Source of the DNA: Yuukianura sp. NJ FZ-2021
Taxonomy: Eukaryota
Direction: 5' to 3'
Assembly: GCA_046563655.1 (NCBI GenBank)
Contig: CM102283.1
Span: 5,704,001-5,768,000, forward strand
DNA length: 64,000 nt
The notes beneath the pieces are model-generated. The model was not told the origin of the DNA. It worked only from the letters and a program-made list of their open reading frames with translations, and did not search any database. A program made the translations under genes and the position numbers. Below are positions 38,542 to 50,300 of this stretch, piece by piece (the stretch's first letter is position 1; every line of letters starts with the position of its first letter).

Positions 38542-39778
38542 ATGGCAGACAGGTATTCATTGTACTACGAGCTTTAATTAATTTGGTTATTTAGGGGCCC
38601 TAAAGGGGTACAGGATTGTGTAGATTGTTACGGTTCTAACATGCGTTTTGTATGTCTATAGTAAGAAAACAACCGCTGCAAAGGGACCCAAAGTCAGCAC
38701 ACGGAAGTTGCCGGCTGTCCCAGAATCCATCCTTAAGCGACGTAAGAAGAATGAAGTGTCAAAGGCCATTCAGCTCAAGCGCGCAGCCACCGTAAGTTGG
38801 AATTTTCGGAAGACGACTATAGATCTGTCGTTATCATTTTCAGTGGGATATTTTTTTTGAAGTAAAATATTATACTTCTATTTTTTTTGACAGGATCGTC
38901 GTCTGAAGCGTAACAAGCGTGTCAAGATTTTTAAGCGTGCGGAAGAGTACGTCAAGGAGTACAGACAGAAGGAGCGAGATGAAATCCGAATGTTTAGACA
39001 AGCCCGAAATCAGGGCAACTTCTACGTTCCTGCAGAGCCAAAACTCGCCTTTGTCATCCGTATCCGTGGGTATGTTTAAATCATTTTGTGGTTTAATGGA
39101 TTTAATTGATCGTTATTTTCCTTTTACTATCATGTTTTTATTTTTCTGTAGTATCAATCAAATCCACCCCAAGGTACGCAAGGCTCTGCAGCTTTTCCGA
39201 TTGAGGCAAATCAACAACGGAGTCTTTGTCAAACTGAACAAGGTAAATTGTTCTCCGTTCATTATATTTTTAGACCAGCAGAATAACGAGCAACGACACA
39301 TGTTTACTACATCATTTCATTGCTTCTAGGCCACAATTAACATGCTCCGAATCTGTGAACCACACATTGCTTGGGGATACCCGAATCAGAAGAGCGTACG
39401 TGACTTGATCTACAAACGTGGATTTGCCAAGGTTGACCATCGCCGTACTCCTCTGACCTCTAACGCCATCATTGAGAAGGCTCTGGGTAAGAAAGACATC
39501 ATCTGTATGGAAGACTTAGTACATGAAATCTTCACCGTCGGAAAGAACTTCAAGTACGCTTCCAACTTCCTCTGGCCCTTCAAGGTAATTCCATTTTCCA
39601 TATTTAGAATGCTTAAGTCATTTTTTTTTAATTTGGTAAACTGGAACTAATTTTTGTTCCGCTTTAGCTGAACACACCAACTGGCGGATGGAGAAAGAAG
39701 ACAAACCATTACGTGGAGGGAGGTGACTTCGGTAATCGAGAGGACAAGATCAACGAGCTCCTCAGGAAAATGGTGTAG
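38542..39778 (+). CDS. RPL7: 60S ribosomal protein L7 (uL30)
   Basis: Exons 38542-38552, 38662-38791, 38894-39069, 39152-39242, 39330-39584, 39668-39778. Motifs [62 protein letters not shown] and [43 protein letters not shown]. Confidence 0.97.
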
Positions 39779-39977
39779 AGAAATTAGTTAATTTTATTTC
39801 ATGTCTTATCCTCCTCCTCAATTTTTTTTGAAATAAAAGGTAACTGGTTTCAAAATTACCGCAACTATTGAGGTTTCATAAATTATTTTAATTATCAAAC
39901 TTAATTTATTAGCAGATTGATTGCTCCAAGTAGCTAGTTGTAATGCTAGTGTATCGAAATTCCAATATAGTGGATAT

Positions 39978-39997
39978 GGCGGGAAGCGAATTTGAAA
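39978..39997 (+). promoter_or_regulatory. E2F-like site plus CHR-like TTTGAA in the short RPL7-ADAM17 intergenic region
   Basis: ggcgggaagcgaatttgaaa lies upstream of ADAM17, whose 5' UTR has an intron (gtaagt 40222 to ttgcag 40301) just before the ATG at 40304. Function is inferred. Confidence 0.3.
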
Positions 39998-40303
39998 GTG
40001 GGGCAAAACTTATTTGTTTTTATTTTGTTTTGCAGGAGTCTTCCAGTGTTCCAGTCTTCTCATTATTCTCGGATGTCCATTAATCAATTGACAATTGGTC
40101 TCATTTCTTCCTTTGCAACGGCAAACTGCTCAACTGCTGTGGATTAGGATAATACATCTCTTCAGTTTCTAGGCAGCTATTCCATGATTGATTACATCAC
40201 AACATCATCTGATGTCCTTTTGTAAGTACAAAGGAAATAATTTTAGTGTCAGGATTTTTATTTGTGATTGATTGGAATCAATAATAGCTGTCTAATTGCA
40301 GCG

Positions 40304-43300
40304 ATGTACAGACTGAAGTTTATCTTGCTGTTGTCCCTCTTCAGTTACTTCAAACAATCCCGATACAGTACAGAAGCATTACTCGATCCTCAACAAGACA
40401 TTAGGAAAAATCTCCGCTACTACGAACTCCTTCATGCTGTCGACTTTACTCATCACATTGTAAAAAGAGGGATTAATCCAAGCTCTCATCCTTACAATCG
40501 TATTAAAGAGCTCCAATTCAACACCCTTGGACGGTAAAGGCTTGTTTACTAAATTGCTAGCATTGTATTTTGTATGGTTCTAAAAATATAATTTTTGGTG
40601 TATTAGTGATTTTTTGTTGGTACTGAACCCAAATACCGGAATTTTTGATGCTCAATTCCGAGCCTACGAGGTCGGACGTGATGGTCGGGAACTGCCGATA
40701 CTAATAGGTAAAGTAAAGGTGCACTTTACAAATGTTTTTCTTATTAGCTTTGTACAAGAATTGACTGAAAGATACATTTTTCATCTCAGATCGTGAAAGT
40801 TTTTACGAGGGCCGAGTGTTTGGAGAGGATGACTCTGACGTAAGAGCTCATTTAGAGGACAACGGGGTTATGACTGCTACTATTCGGACAAAAAACGAAA
40901 CTTACCACATCGAGGTAAGCCTTAGGTTACCTGGTAAGCTCTGCTCAAAACTTTGATGCTAAATTAGCGAAATCAAACAGTTATACTAACTATCTTTGCA
41001 TTTACAGCCATCTTGGAGGCATTTGAAAGATGGTGACCATTTGACAATGATCACATACAAGGGATCAGACGTCAAATACTCATGGGAGAACGAACAATCT
41101 CCAGACGTCCCTCACGTTCCCGTCTGCGCATACATAAAGGAGGGAGCCAGCAATGTCAGTGAAGAAGGTCCCGAGCCAGATTACGATTCGATTTTAAAAC
41201 GCTGGAAGAGAGATTTGTCTCTGGAACGACGTTCTGCTCTTCGTCCGCACAAGACGCGCTGTCCCCTTCTACTCGTAGCGGATTACCGTTTTTACCGGGA
41301 GATGGGTGGCTCCAGTAACAAATCTACAATCAACTACCTAATCAGTTTGATCGATCGTGTAACAAAAATTTATGAAGAGACACAGTGGAGAGACAAGGCG
41401 GACGAAGTAGGATTTGATGGAATGGGGTTCGTCATCAAGAAAATTGTTGTCCACTCAGAGCCAACAATGACTCAGGTACTTTGCCAACACATGACCTTGG
41501 TAATGCCAGAGGTAATGCAACTTAATTAATTTTGTTGTTACAGCATGGAGAAATGCATTATAATATGCATATGGACAAATGGGATGTTCGGACGCTACTT
41601 GAAGGTTTTGCTAATTAATAATCTGTTTCCCAATATTTCTAATATTATGTGAAGTTCATGGATCCCATTTTGTGCTTGCAGTATTCAGCAGAGAATATAC
41701 TCACAAGGACTTTTGCTTGGCGCATCTCTTTACGGATATTAAGTTCGAAGGAGGAATTCTCGGATTGGCTTACGTTGGATCTCCTAGAAGAAACTCAGTC
41801 GGAGGAATTTGTACACCGGGTAAGTCTTCTACAATTCTTAGATTGTTAAATAAACCAGTATTTCATTACTTCTTGTTGTTTAGAATATTTTAAGAATGGG
41901 TACACGCTGTATCTAAACTCGGGCCTTAGTTCCAGCAGAAACCATTATGGTCAGAGGGTTATCACAAGAGAGGCGGATTTAGTAACTGCACATGAATTTG
42001 GGCATAATTGGGGCTCGGAACATGATCCGGATAATCCTGAATGCAGCCCCAGCGCTAGCCAAGGTAAAGTGTACTATTTTTTGATAAGAACTTAAGAACA
42101 TTATTCTGATTGGCCAGATTAGCTTATTGTTTTGGATTTGTTTTTCAGGCGGCAGCTACTTGATGTACACATACTCTGTGTCCGGATATGATCTCAACAA
42201 CAAAGTAAATCTATTGTCAACTTTTTGCATGAGCAGGAGTTAATTTTGTTATTCTTTGAATCAGCGATTTTCACCGTGCAGTTTACGCTCGATCCGGAAA
42301 GTATTGCTGACAAAGTCGGAGCGTTGCTTTTCCGAACCGGAAGAATCCTTCTGTGGAAACTTACGTGTAGAAGGAAATGAACAGTGCGATGCTGGATTGC
42401 TTGGAACAGAAGACTCGGACGCATGTTGTCGCCCAAACTGGTAAATGTATATTTCTTATTCTATTTTAAATTATACGACAATACTCTTGTGTATTATAAG
42501 GAGTACCCGGTATTACAAGGTTTTAATTTTAATTGACTTTATTCTGGTAAATATTAAATATTAGTACACTTCGCCAAGGAGCCGTTTGCAGTGACAAGAA
42601 TTCTCCGTGTTGCCAGTCTTGTCAGTTTATGGGAATTGGAGAAAAGTGTCGTGAAGCTCAACTTGCTACTTGCGAACAAGATAGTCGGTGTACAGGAACA
42701 GCAGCGGAGTGCCCTAAAAGTGCTCCCATGGCAGACGGAACTCCATGTGTTGAGAAAGGTCAATGCAAGCATGGACGCTGCATTCCTTACTGCGAAACTC
42801 TTGGAAAACAGAGTTGCATGTGTGACAAACGTAAGACAAATCATGAGTTCACCAATTCACAACCAACGTATCAAGCTTTCTTCTCTGAATTCTTACTTGA
42901 ATTTTTCTACAGTTGAAAACAACAATGCTTGTAAGCGATGCTGCCGAATACATTTGAACGCGACGTGCTTCCCGATTGAACCTCACGAGACGTTACCGGA
43001 TGGGACGCCTTGTGTTCAAGGAATCTGCAATCACGTGAGCTTCAATTTTAAAACGTCATGCTACTAGCCCTAACAAAACTTTTTGGTGACAACTAATTAA
43101 TTTTCGCAATTAATCGATTTTAATTAACTCTCCAGGGCGTTTGTGAGCGAACGGTCCATGACGTCGTGGAAAGATTCTGGGACATTATTGAAGATATCAA
43201 CATCAATCGGCTACTGAAATTTCTCAAAGACAACATCATATTTACCGTGGTAGTTGTGAGTGGCGTCGTTTGGATTCCTGCCAGTGCAGTCATTAGCTAC

Positions 43301-43447
43301 ATTGACAGAAAAAGTCACAAAGTGGCCATGGAAGAGGACTTATGGGGACGAAACAAAACGGATTTGATCCACTCCGCTGACACTCGAACTGTAATTTACA
43401 TCAGGCCCAAATTAGCCGCCGGAGAGCATTACGGAATCAATCAGTGA
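40304..43447 (+). CDS. ADAM17: ADAM17/TACE metalloprotease (multi-exon)
   Basis: Signal peptide, prodomain (HHIVKRG, YHIEPSWRH), furin-like [44 protein letters not shown], zinc motif [12 protein letters not shown] (about 41991-42026), Met-turn YLMY, disintegrin/Cys-rich region, [13 protein letters not shown], a TM segment and a short tail. Confidence 0.95.
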
Positions 43448-44365
43448 TCTCAGTGCATCATCATAAACCTTGCACGCAAGTCTAGTCATGTAATTGCATC
43501 TCTTAGTTCAGTATTCTCATTCATAGTTTTTATACTTAAACGTTTCTTGTGCTTGCAAGTTTTAAATCTAGGAGTTTCTGAGCAACTAACGCAATTTGAC
43601 AAAACGAGACTAAAAAGTTAAGTTTGAAAATTGGAGTAACGACTACCAAGTTGAACCTCGATTTCACTTTTCATTGAATCGTACACGTCTCGATTGCAAA
43701 TTCAAATTATTCACATCATGAAAGTTTGGATTGAAACTTTTGTGTGTGTATTTGTTTGACAAAGGAGGAAAAAGTGTGTAATTGCATTGTGTTGTGAGTA
43801 AAACAATGTCGGAATGGGGGCAAAAGTGAGTGTTGACGTGCGTGGTCAATGAGGTGTAGTTGACTTTGATTGGGAATACTTGTGTGTATTTTCTATTTCC
43901 GTGATGCTGTGTTGGTGGTATCTGCCAAGAAGAAACAGTTATGAGGAGGCAGTTGAACTCTGGGTAATTTACACAGAACAATAGATGAAGAAGGAACAGG
44001 TAGAAATGGCCTCAGGATACTTGCGGGGAAGAGAGGCTCAAGCCAAGGATTAAAGGACTTCTGGGCAGGAGGAATGTTGGTCGTATCTCTTGTGGTGCCC
44101 CACAGTCACTGAATACGACTGGCACTTGTCACTTCTTCACAAGGCACACCCCAGCACATTCCTACAAATTGTCACTCTTTGACAGTACTTTTGGCATCGA
44201 AGCCAGGATGAGCGGCATACGGATCCACAGTTTAGTAGTGTAACACTACTAGTGTTTGCTACAAACGACATCGTTTGCTAGTGAACTTCAACACAGTTCC
44301 AGCTTTTTCAAGAAATTGTTCAAGTTAATCAGAAGTTCTACGGAAGTGAAAGTCGTTCAACCCCC

Positions 44366-47300
44366 ATGGACTTCAATACCGTAAGACACGATGAAATTGT
44401 TGGCAAAGTGGCCTTGTTTCAATCCTGTTTTGGATTGAGACCACTTTCTTTGCATATCTAGTTTGAATTTGAATTGGATTGACACTTCATGAGGTTTAGT
44501 TGTTACTTAACGTTAATTAAAATTGTGCTTTTGTTTTTTCTACTCAGGGAGACGCGGTGTGGTTCACACCGCCCGGGGGAACATATCCGGTACCCGGGGA
44601 AGTTCTGGAGTTTCATCGTCAAGGAAATGTCCTCACGATTCTGTCGCTGGATGAAGATAATGTAAGTTTCAGAAGCAAGTTTTAGAAAATTGAAAATTCA
44701 AATCGTCATGTGGTAGAAAAATGTTTTGATTTTAACTTTTTTGATGTGTAGGCTGGACATTATACCGTGGACAACAATGGCAGCGTACGGAAACGAAATT
44801 CGGAAGTGCTTTACGAGGATATGATTGGATTGAGGTGATTTCAAATTCAAACTGTAAAAAAAAATGTTTGTTTCCTGAAACTCAAAATTTTGATTCGAAT
44901 TTCAGCGACCTGTCAGAAGCAGCGTTATTGTGGAACATCAAAAAAAGATATTCGAACGGAATGATTTACGTAAGTCCATACTATTTTTGATTTTTTTTTC
45001 GTTTTTTTTTTTAAAATGTACTCTGACTTGCAATCACGTTTTGCTTTACATTCCACAGACGTACATTGGCAGTATCCTGATCGCAGTGAATCCATACAAA
45101 ATGTATGAAATTTATGGACAACCCGTGGTGAAACAATACGAAGGCCAAGTACTTGGTTCTCTTCCGCCGTAAGTCATATTTTTTATGCCTTGGCCCTACC
45201 CAACTTTATGATGTGCCACACCTACCATTGACAGTGTGACAAATTGGATTTCTAAGTAACGGTAATCAATTATGCTAAATTCCAGACACCTCTTTGCCAT
45301 TGGATCCTCAGCGTATAGCAAAATGGTGAAAGACTCTGCGTCTCAAGTGGTTGTGATCAGTGGAGAAAGTGGAAGTGGAAAAACAGAATCAACTAAACTA
45401 ATTTTGGGGTAAGCTGAGACTATCTCCTTTTTTATGATGTAAAACTGATTATTGTCGGAATCTGAACTACAAAGTACAAAGTTTTTTTTTGAATTTTAGG
45501 TACTTAGCATTGGTGAACAAGTCACCATCGAATTTAATCACGGAACAAATACTGGAAGCGTCTCCACTGCTCGAGTCTTTTGGGAATGCGAAGACTAGCA
45601 AGAACGACAATTCGAGTCGATTTGGAAAATACATTCAAGTCTACTTTGAAAAGTGAGCGGGAACAATGGATTCTGCATGCAAATTTTTAAACTTTCTTAA
45701 AATTGGCGGATTTCTTAAAATTTTAATTTTAATTTTCCAGTGGAAGGATTACTGGGTCACGCATCACGGAATATTTGTTGGAGAAGAGTCGGATTGTCAC
45801 TCAAGCCTCCGATGAACGAAACTATCACGTCTTCTATGAAATCCTGAAGGGCCTTAGCCGGGAGCAAAAGGAACTGTACGGACTCACTTCGGCCGAGAAA
45901 TATTTTTATTTGAACCAAGGAGGAAACTGTTCTTTACAATCGGATGCTTCCGACTTCAATGCTCTCATGAGTGCTTTTCAGATTCTGGGATTCAGCTCTG
46001 ATGAAACTGATGTCATTCTAAGGATTCTTGCAAGCGGTGAGTTATTTATAACTAATCCTATGCATGTTTAAATTCGTTTTCTCATGAAGCGTTAACTATG
46101 TGTTGTCATTCAGTGCTCCATCTTGGGAACGTTTACTTTCACCGGAAGTCCATGAAACATGGTCAAGAAGGAGTAGAAATTGGGTCTGATGCTGAAATTC
46201 AGTGGGTTGCGCATCTTCTTCAAATTCATCCCGACGGAATTCGGAAATGTCTTACTACCAAGATCACGGAAGCTCGACGAGAGCGCTTGGCCACGCCTCT
46301 TTCGATTGATCAAAGTTTGGATTCAAGGGACGCCATTGCTAAAGTACTTTACAGCTCTCTCTTCACTTGGCTTGTCAGTCGCGTTAACCGGTAAGGAATT
46401 GCTAACTTTCCGTTTTTTTGTTCTGAAATGTTGGCTCGAAAATGGCTACATTCTTTTTGTATTACAGAATCGTGTTCAAGGGAGAATCAAAAAGTATCAA
46501 CATTTTGGACATTTTTGGCTTTGAAGTTTTTCAGGTGAGAGAAAATTTCTAAAGTTGATTTTTAATTTTTAAAACAATTTTTTTAAAACATGAATTGAAT
46601 TGCAGGATAATTCCTTTGAGCAATTGTGCATCAACTATGCCAATGAATCACTCCAACACTACCTCAACAAACACATCTTCAAATTGGAACAACTTGAGTA
46701 CGCCAAGGAGAAAATTGATTGGGTTCCTATATCATACAACGACAATTTGAGTGTCATCAATTTGCTTAGCAAAAAACCAATTGGAATTCTTCATCTGCTG
46801 GACGATGAAAGTAACTTTCCTAAAGGCACCGTGAGTTCCAGTTCTGCCTTTGTGCATTGTGCTGATTTTAAATTTTAACATTACGCCACATCACCGTTTG
46901 ATTTTTTTTGTGTAGGATACTTCCTTCCTGGAGAAAGCACATTACAATCACGCGTTGAACGAATCTTACGCTCGTCCTCGGATGAATTGCAACGAATTCG
47001 GAATCAAACACTATGCAGGAAGTGTCATGTACACCGTGGAAGGTTTTCTGGAAAAGAATCGAGATACTTTGAGGCCGGATGTTGTCAAACTTTTGGGTGG
47101 CAGCGGTAGTCAGGTATTTGTCATGGGGTTTCTTTTTAAGAAAATAAATTAAGAATCAACTCTCAAATGTAATTCTAATTTGGAAACGATTTTCCGTTGC
47201 AGATGATTTCGAAAATGTTTCACTTGGGTGCTTCAAATTCCGCAAGAAGTCCGAAGTCCGGTCGCTTTGTTACCGTAAAGCCACGAGCTCCTACGGTAGC

Positions 47301-50300
47301 TGCACGATTTCACGATTCCTTGCAAAGTCTGCTTGTGAGCATGAGCAAATGTAGTCCCTGGTTTGTTCGCTGTATCAAACCAAACTGTACAAAGCAAGCC
47401 GGCTTCTTCGACGTTCCAGTTGTCCTGGAGCAGATCCGTTATGCTGGACTACTAGAGACTATTCGGATCCGAAAGTTGGGTTATCCAAGCCGAATGCCCT
47501 ATGCTGACTTTGCTTTGCGTTACAAGTGTTTGGTAAAACCGTATTCTCAGGGAATGGATCCGCGTGACATCACTGGCCTCGTTTTGAGAGACACTCCGCA
47601 TGGAGAATTCCAGCCAGGAATTACAAAAATATTTCTGAGAGAAAGTTTAGAACAGAAACTGGAACAGAGGTTGCATGATTTATACCACAACAGCACCGTG
47701 CTACTGCAGAAAACTGTCAGAGGGTACTTGGCCAGAAAAAGATTCAAGCGTATGAAGATGAGTGCTGTGGTGATTCAAGCAGTTTGGAGAGGAAAGCGAG
47801 AGAGAAAGTTTTATCAAGATTTGAAGCGGAGCGCTGTTGTCCTACAACGAGGCTGGAGAAAAGTGCGACGCAAGCGTGTTGCAAGGAAAACGAGAAGCAA
47901 AGTACGCGGATGTGTTGTCAGCGGAGTCAATCACTTGGAAGTTCCAGCTGAACTGGCTCTAATACTTTCCAAACTGGATGGTAAATTCTTACATGGATTA
48001 CCGAAAGCTTATGTTAAGTTATAATTAGTTGCAGATTTTTAATTAGTTGTGTTTTGTCTTACAGATTGGCATCCACCACATACGGAACGGAATTTGGTCA
48101 AACTTGTTGGCGAAGTTAGCAAGAAGAACAAACTGCTGCTGCTACCACCAGACATTGATGCTTGTTCTCTCAGCAAGTACATAAAAGAGAATGTCAAGAC
48201 GCAAGTGCTGGGCATGAAGCGCGAACCAATTTCGATTCCATTCTTGGCAAATTCGCCACAAGAAGAAAGTGTGGCAATGTTCAAATTGATTTTGAGGTAA
48301 GCATTTGTTCCAACGATTTCACACTTTCAGTAACTTTTTTAAGTATTTTACTGTACTTTGACTTTCAGATTGATGAACGATGTCAATTGCCTCCCAGTGA
48401 GACAACAAGCGATTACAAACTACTTAATCCGGAAATCCTTGGAATCAGTTCCACTCCAAGACGAAGTTCTCATTCAAATTGTAAACCAAACAGTGGGGAA
48501 CAAAGATGAAGAAAACTGCGAGCGTGGATACTTTCTGCTATCAAATGCTCTGAGTTCCCTTAAACCCTCAAGGGCCCTGTTTCGGCCTCTTCTCAAATAC
48601 GTTTCGGACTCTTCGTCAGTATTTTCTCACCAACTTCAGCAGAAACTGTTAGCTCAAACGGATACAAAATTTAGAGAATTCGCACCAACTTTACTGGAGT
48701 GGAGATGCAACAAAGTGAAAGCCAATGCTGCTCTTACTGTCTATTACGCCGATGGAGAGTACAGCAACATTGAAGTCAACAGTTGGACGAGCGTGAGTGA
48801 ACTGGCTGAAACGGCAGCAGAAGTACGTTTGGGAGAAGGAACTTATGGATGGGCATTGGAATTGGAAGAATCTGAAGTTGAAGGACTCGTGTTTGATGTC
48901 ATTGCATCAATTGAAGCGGGCGGCCTTTTTCTGTCCAGTCCAACATTTCTGTTTGGAAAAGAAGAAAAGAAGACTCGGAGTTTGGAAGATTTGGCTGACA
49001 GTTATGGATTGAGCGAGAGCAAGTTGAACAATCGGTATCGTTCTTCCGAAAAGATTTGGGACGAGCATTCGTCACATCTTCCGCCACCGAGAATGCCCAG
49101 TATGAACCAGTATGATGACGACAAAGCTTCATTTTTAGATGAACCATCAGAAGATCCTACTTATGGTACTACGGGATACGCTGACAGTGATATCATGTCT
49201 GCTCGGACTTCGGAAGATCCACGACTAGGTCAAAGGTCAGGTCATCCTAGGTTTATCAAGGCTTCAGCCAAGCGGAGCTCTGTGACTGGATCTTATTCAA
49301 GTAGAGCCTACATCGAGCGGATGGGCGAAGTCAAGTCAAGTGCTATGAGCGATACGAGTGAAGCGCCTAGTTTGGCTTCTCATGTCCGTAGAGTTCGAGT
49401 TCCAAGTCAAGCGTCAGATGTGGAGCAATTTCTGGATGATTTGTTTAGTCCATTGCTGGATGGAAACCTGGATGATTTGAGCGATGCTCGGTCCTTAATC
49501 CAAAGCATCAAGGGAGGCGAACCTGCTTTTGCGCAGTTCGGTTTCTCACCCTCACGTAAGATTTTTCTGAAAGATTCAAAATTAACAACGTTTTCCAATT
49601 TCATTCGTTTAAGATTTATCAAAGTATTTAGTTTTGTGAAGTTCAATGTTGTAAATTAACATTTGATTGTTTTTTTTAGCACTCAATGTACATCCTCAGG
49701 ATTACAACAATATGCAAAGAGCCTTTCTGCAGTCAGCAATGGCCCAGAATATTCAAATTCAGCAACAACTCATCGCTCAGAATAATGCTTTGCAGAAACT
49801 GCTTGAACGAGAGGTGATAATTTTAGTTATAAACATAAATAATATAAACAGTAAACAAATAACTTAATGTTATGCGAATATCTTTGTAGATGGATGCCAA
49901 AGCTGCCGCAGGTCCATCAACATCAAGAGGCCCGCCTGTAATTCATACAACCAAAAACGCGGTCAACGACCCCCAGCCATTCATTCCTCCTCCACCTCCT
50001 CTTCCGCCAGATTTAATCGAAGGCTCTCGTCCATTCGTCGATCCCTACGGGCGGGCCAAGACAGTTCGAATTGGAAAATGGCGATGGCCTCCAGCTCCAG
50101 ACGACAATTTTGCAGAGATGATGAAAGAAGCCAAGAGCAAAAGTAATACCCCAGAGACGTCACTTCCTCCTCCTCAGCCGCTATTTGTCCACAAAGTGGC
50201 CAGACCGTTTGGAGATGCCGTTGGAAAACTGAAAATTAGCAGTGAAATGAGGATGAAGTTAGAACAAGTTACGAGCATCAGAGGAACAAGTCCAACTAAA

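Noticed and set aside
38553-39667. Intronic snoRNAs in RPL7
   Set aside because: The introns are short, and I could not identify convincing paired C/D or H/ACA boxes with terminal stems.
40025-40036. Unpaired acceptor-like tttgttttgcag shortly after the RPL7 polyA signal, as a possible trans-splice or operon site for ADAM17
   Set aside because: Promoter-like motifs lie immediately upstream and such pyrimidine tracts are common. It cannot be supported without SL-containing reads.
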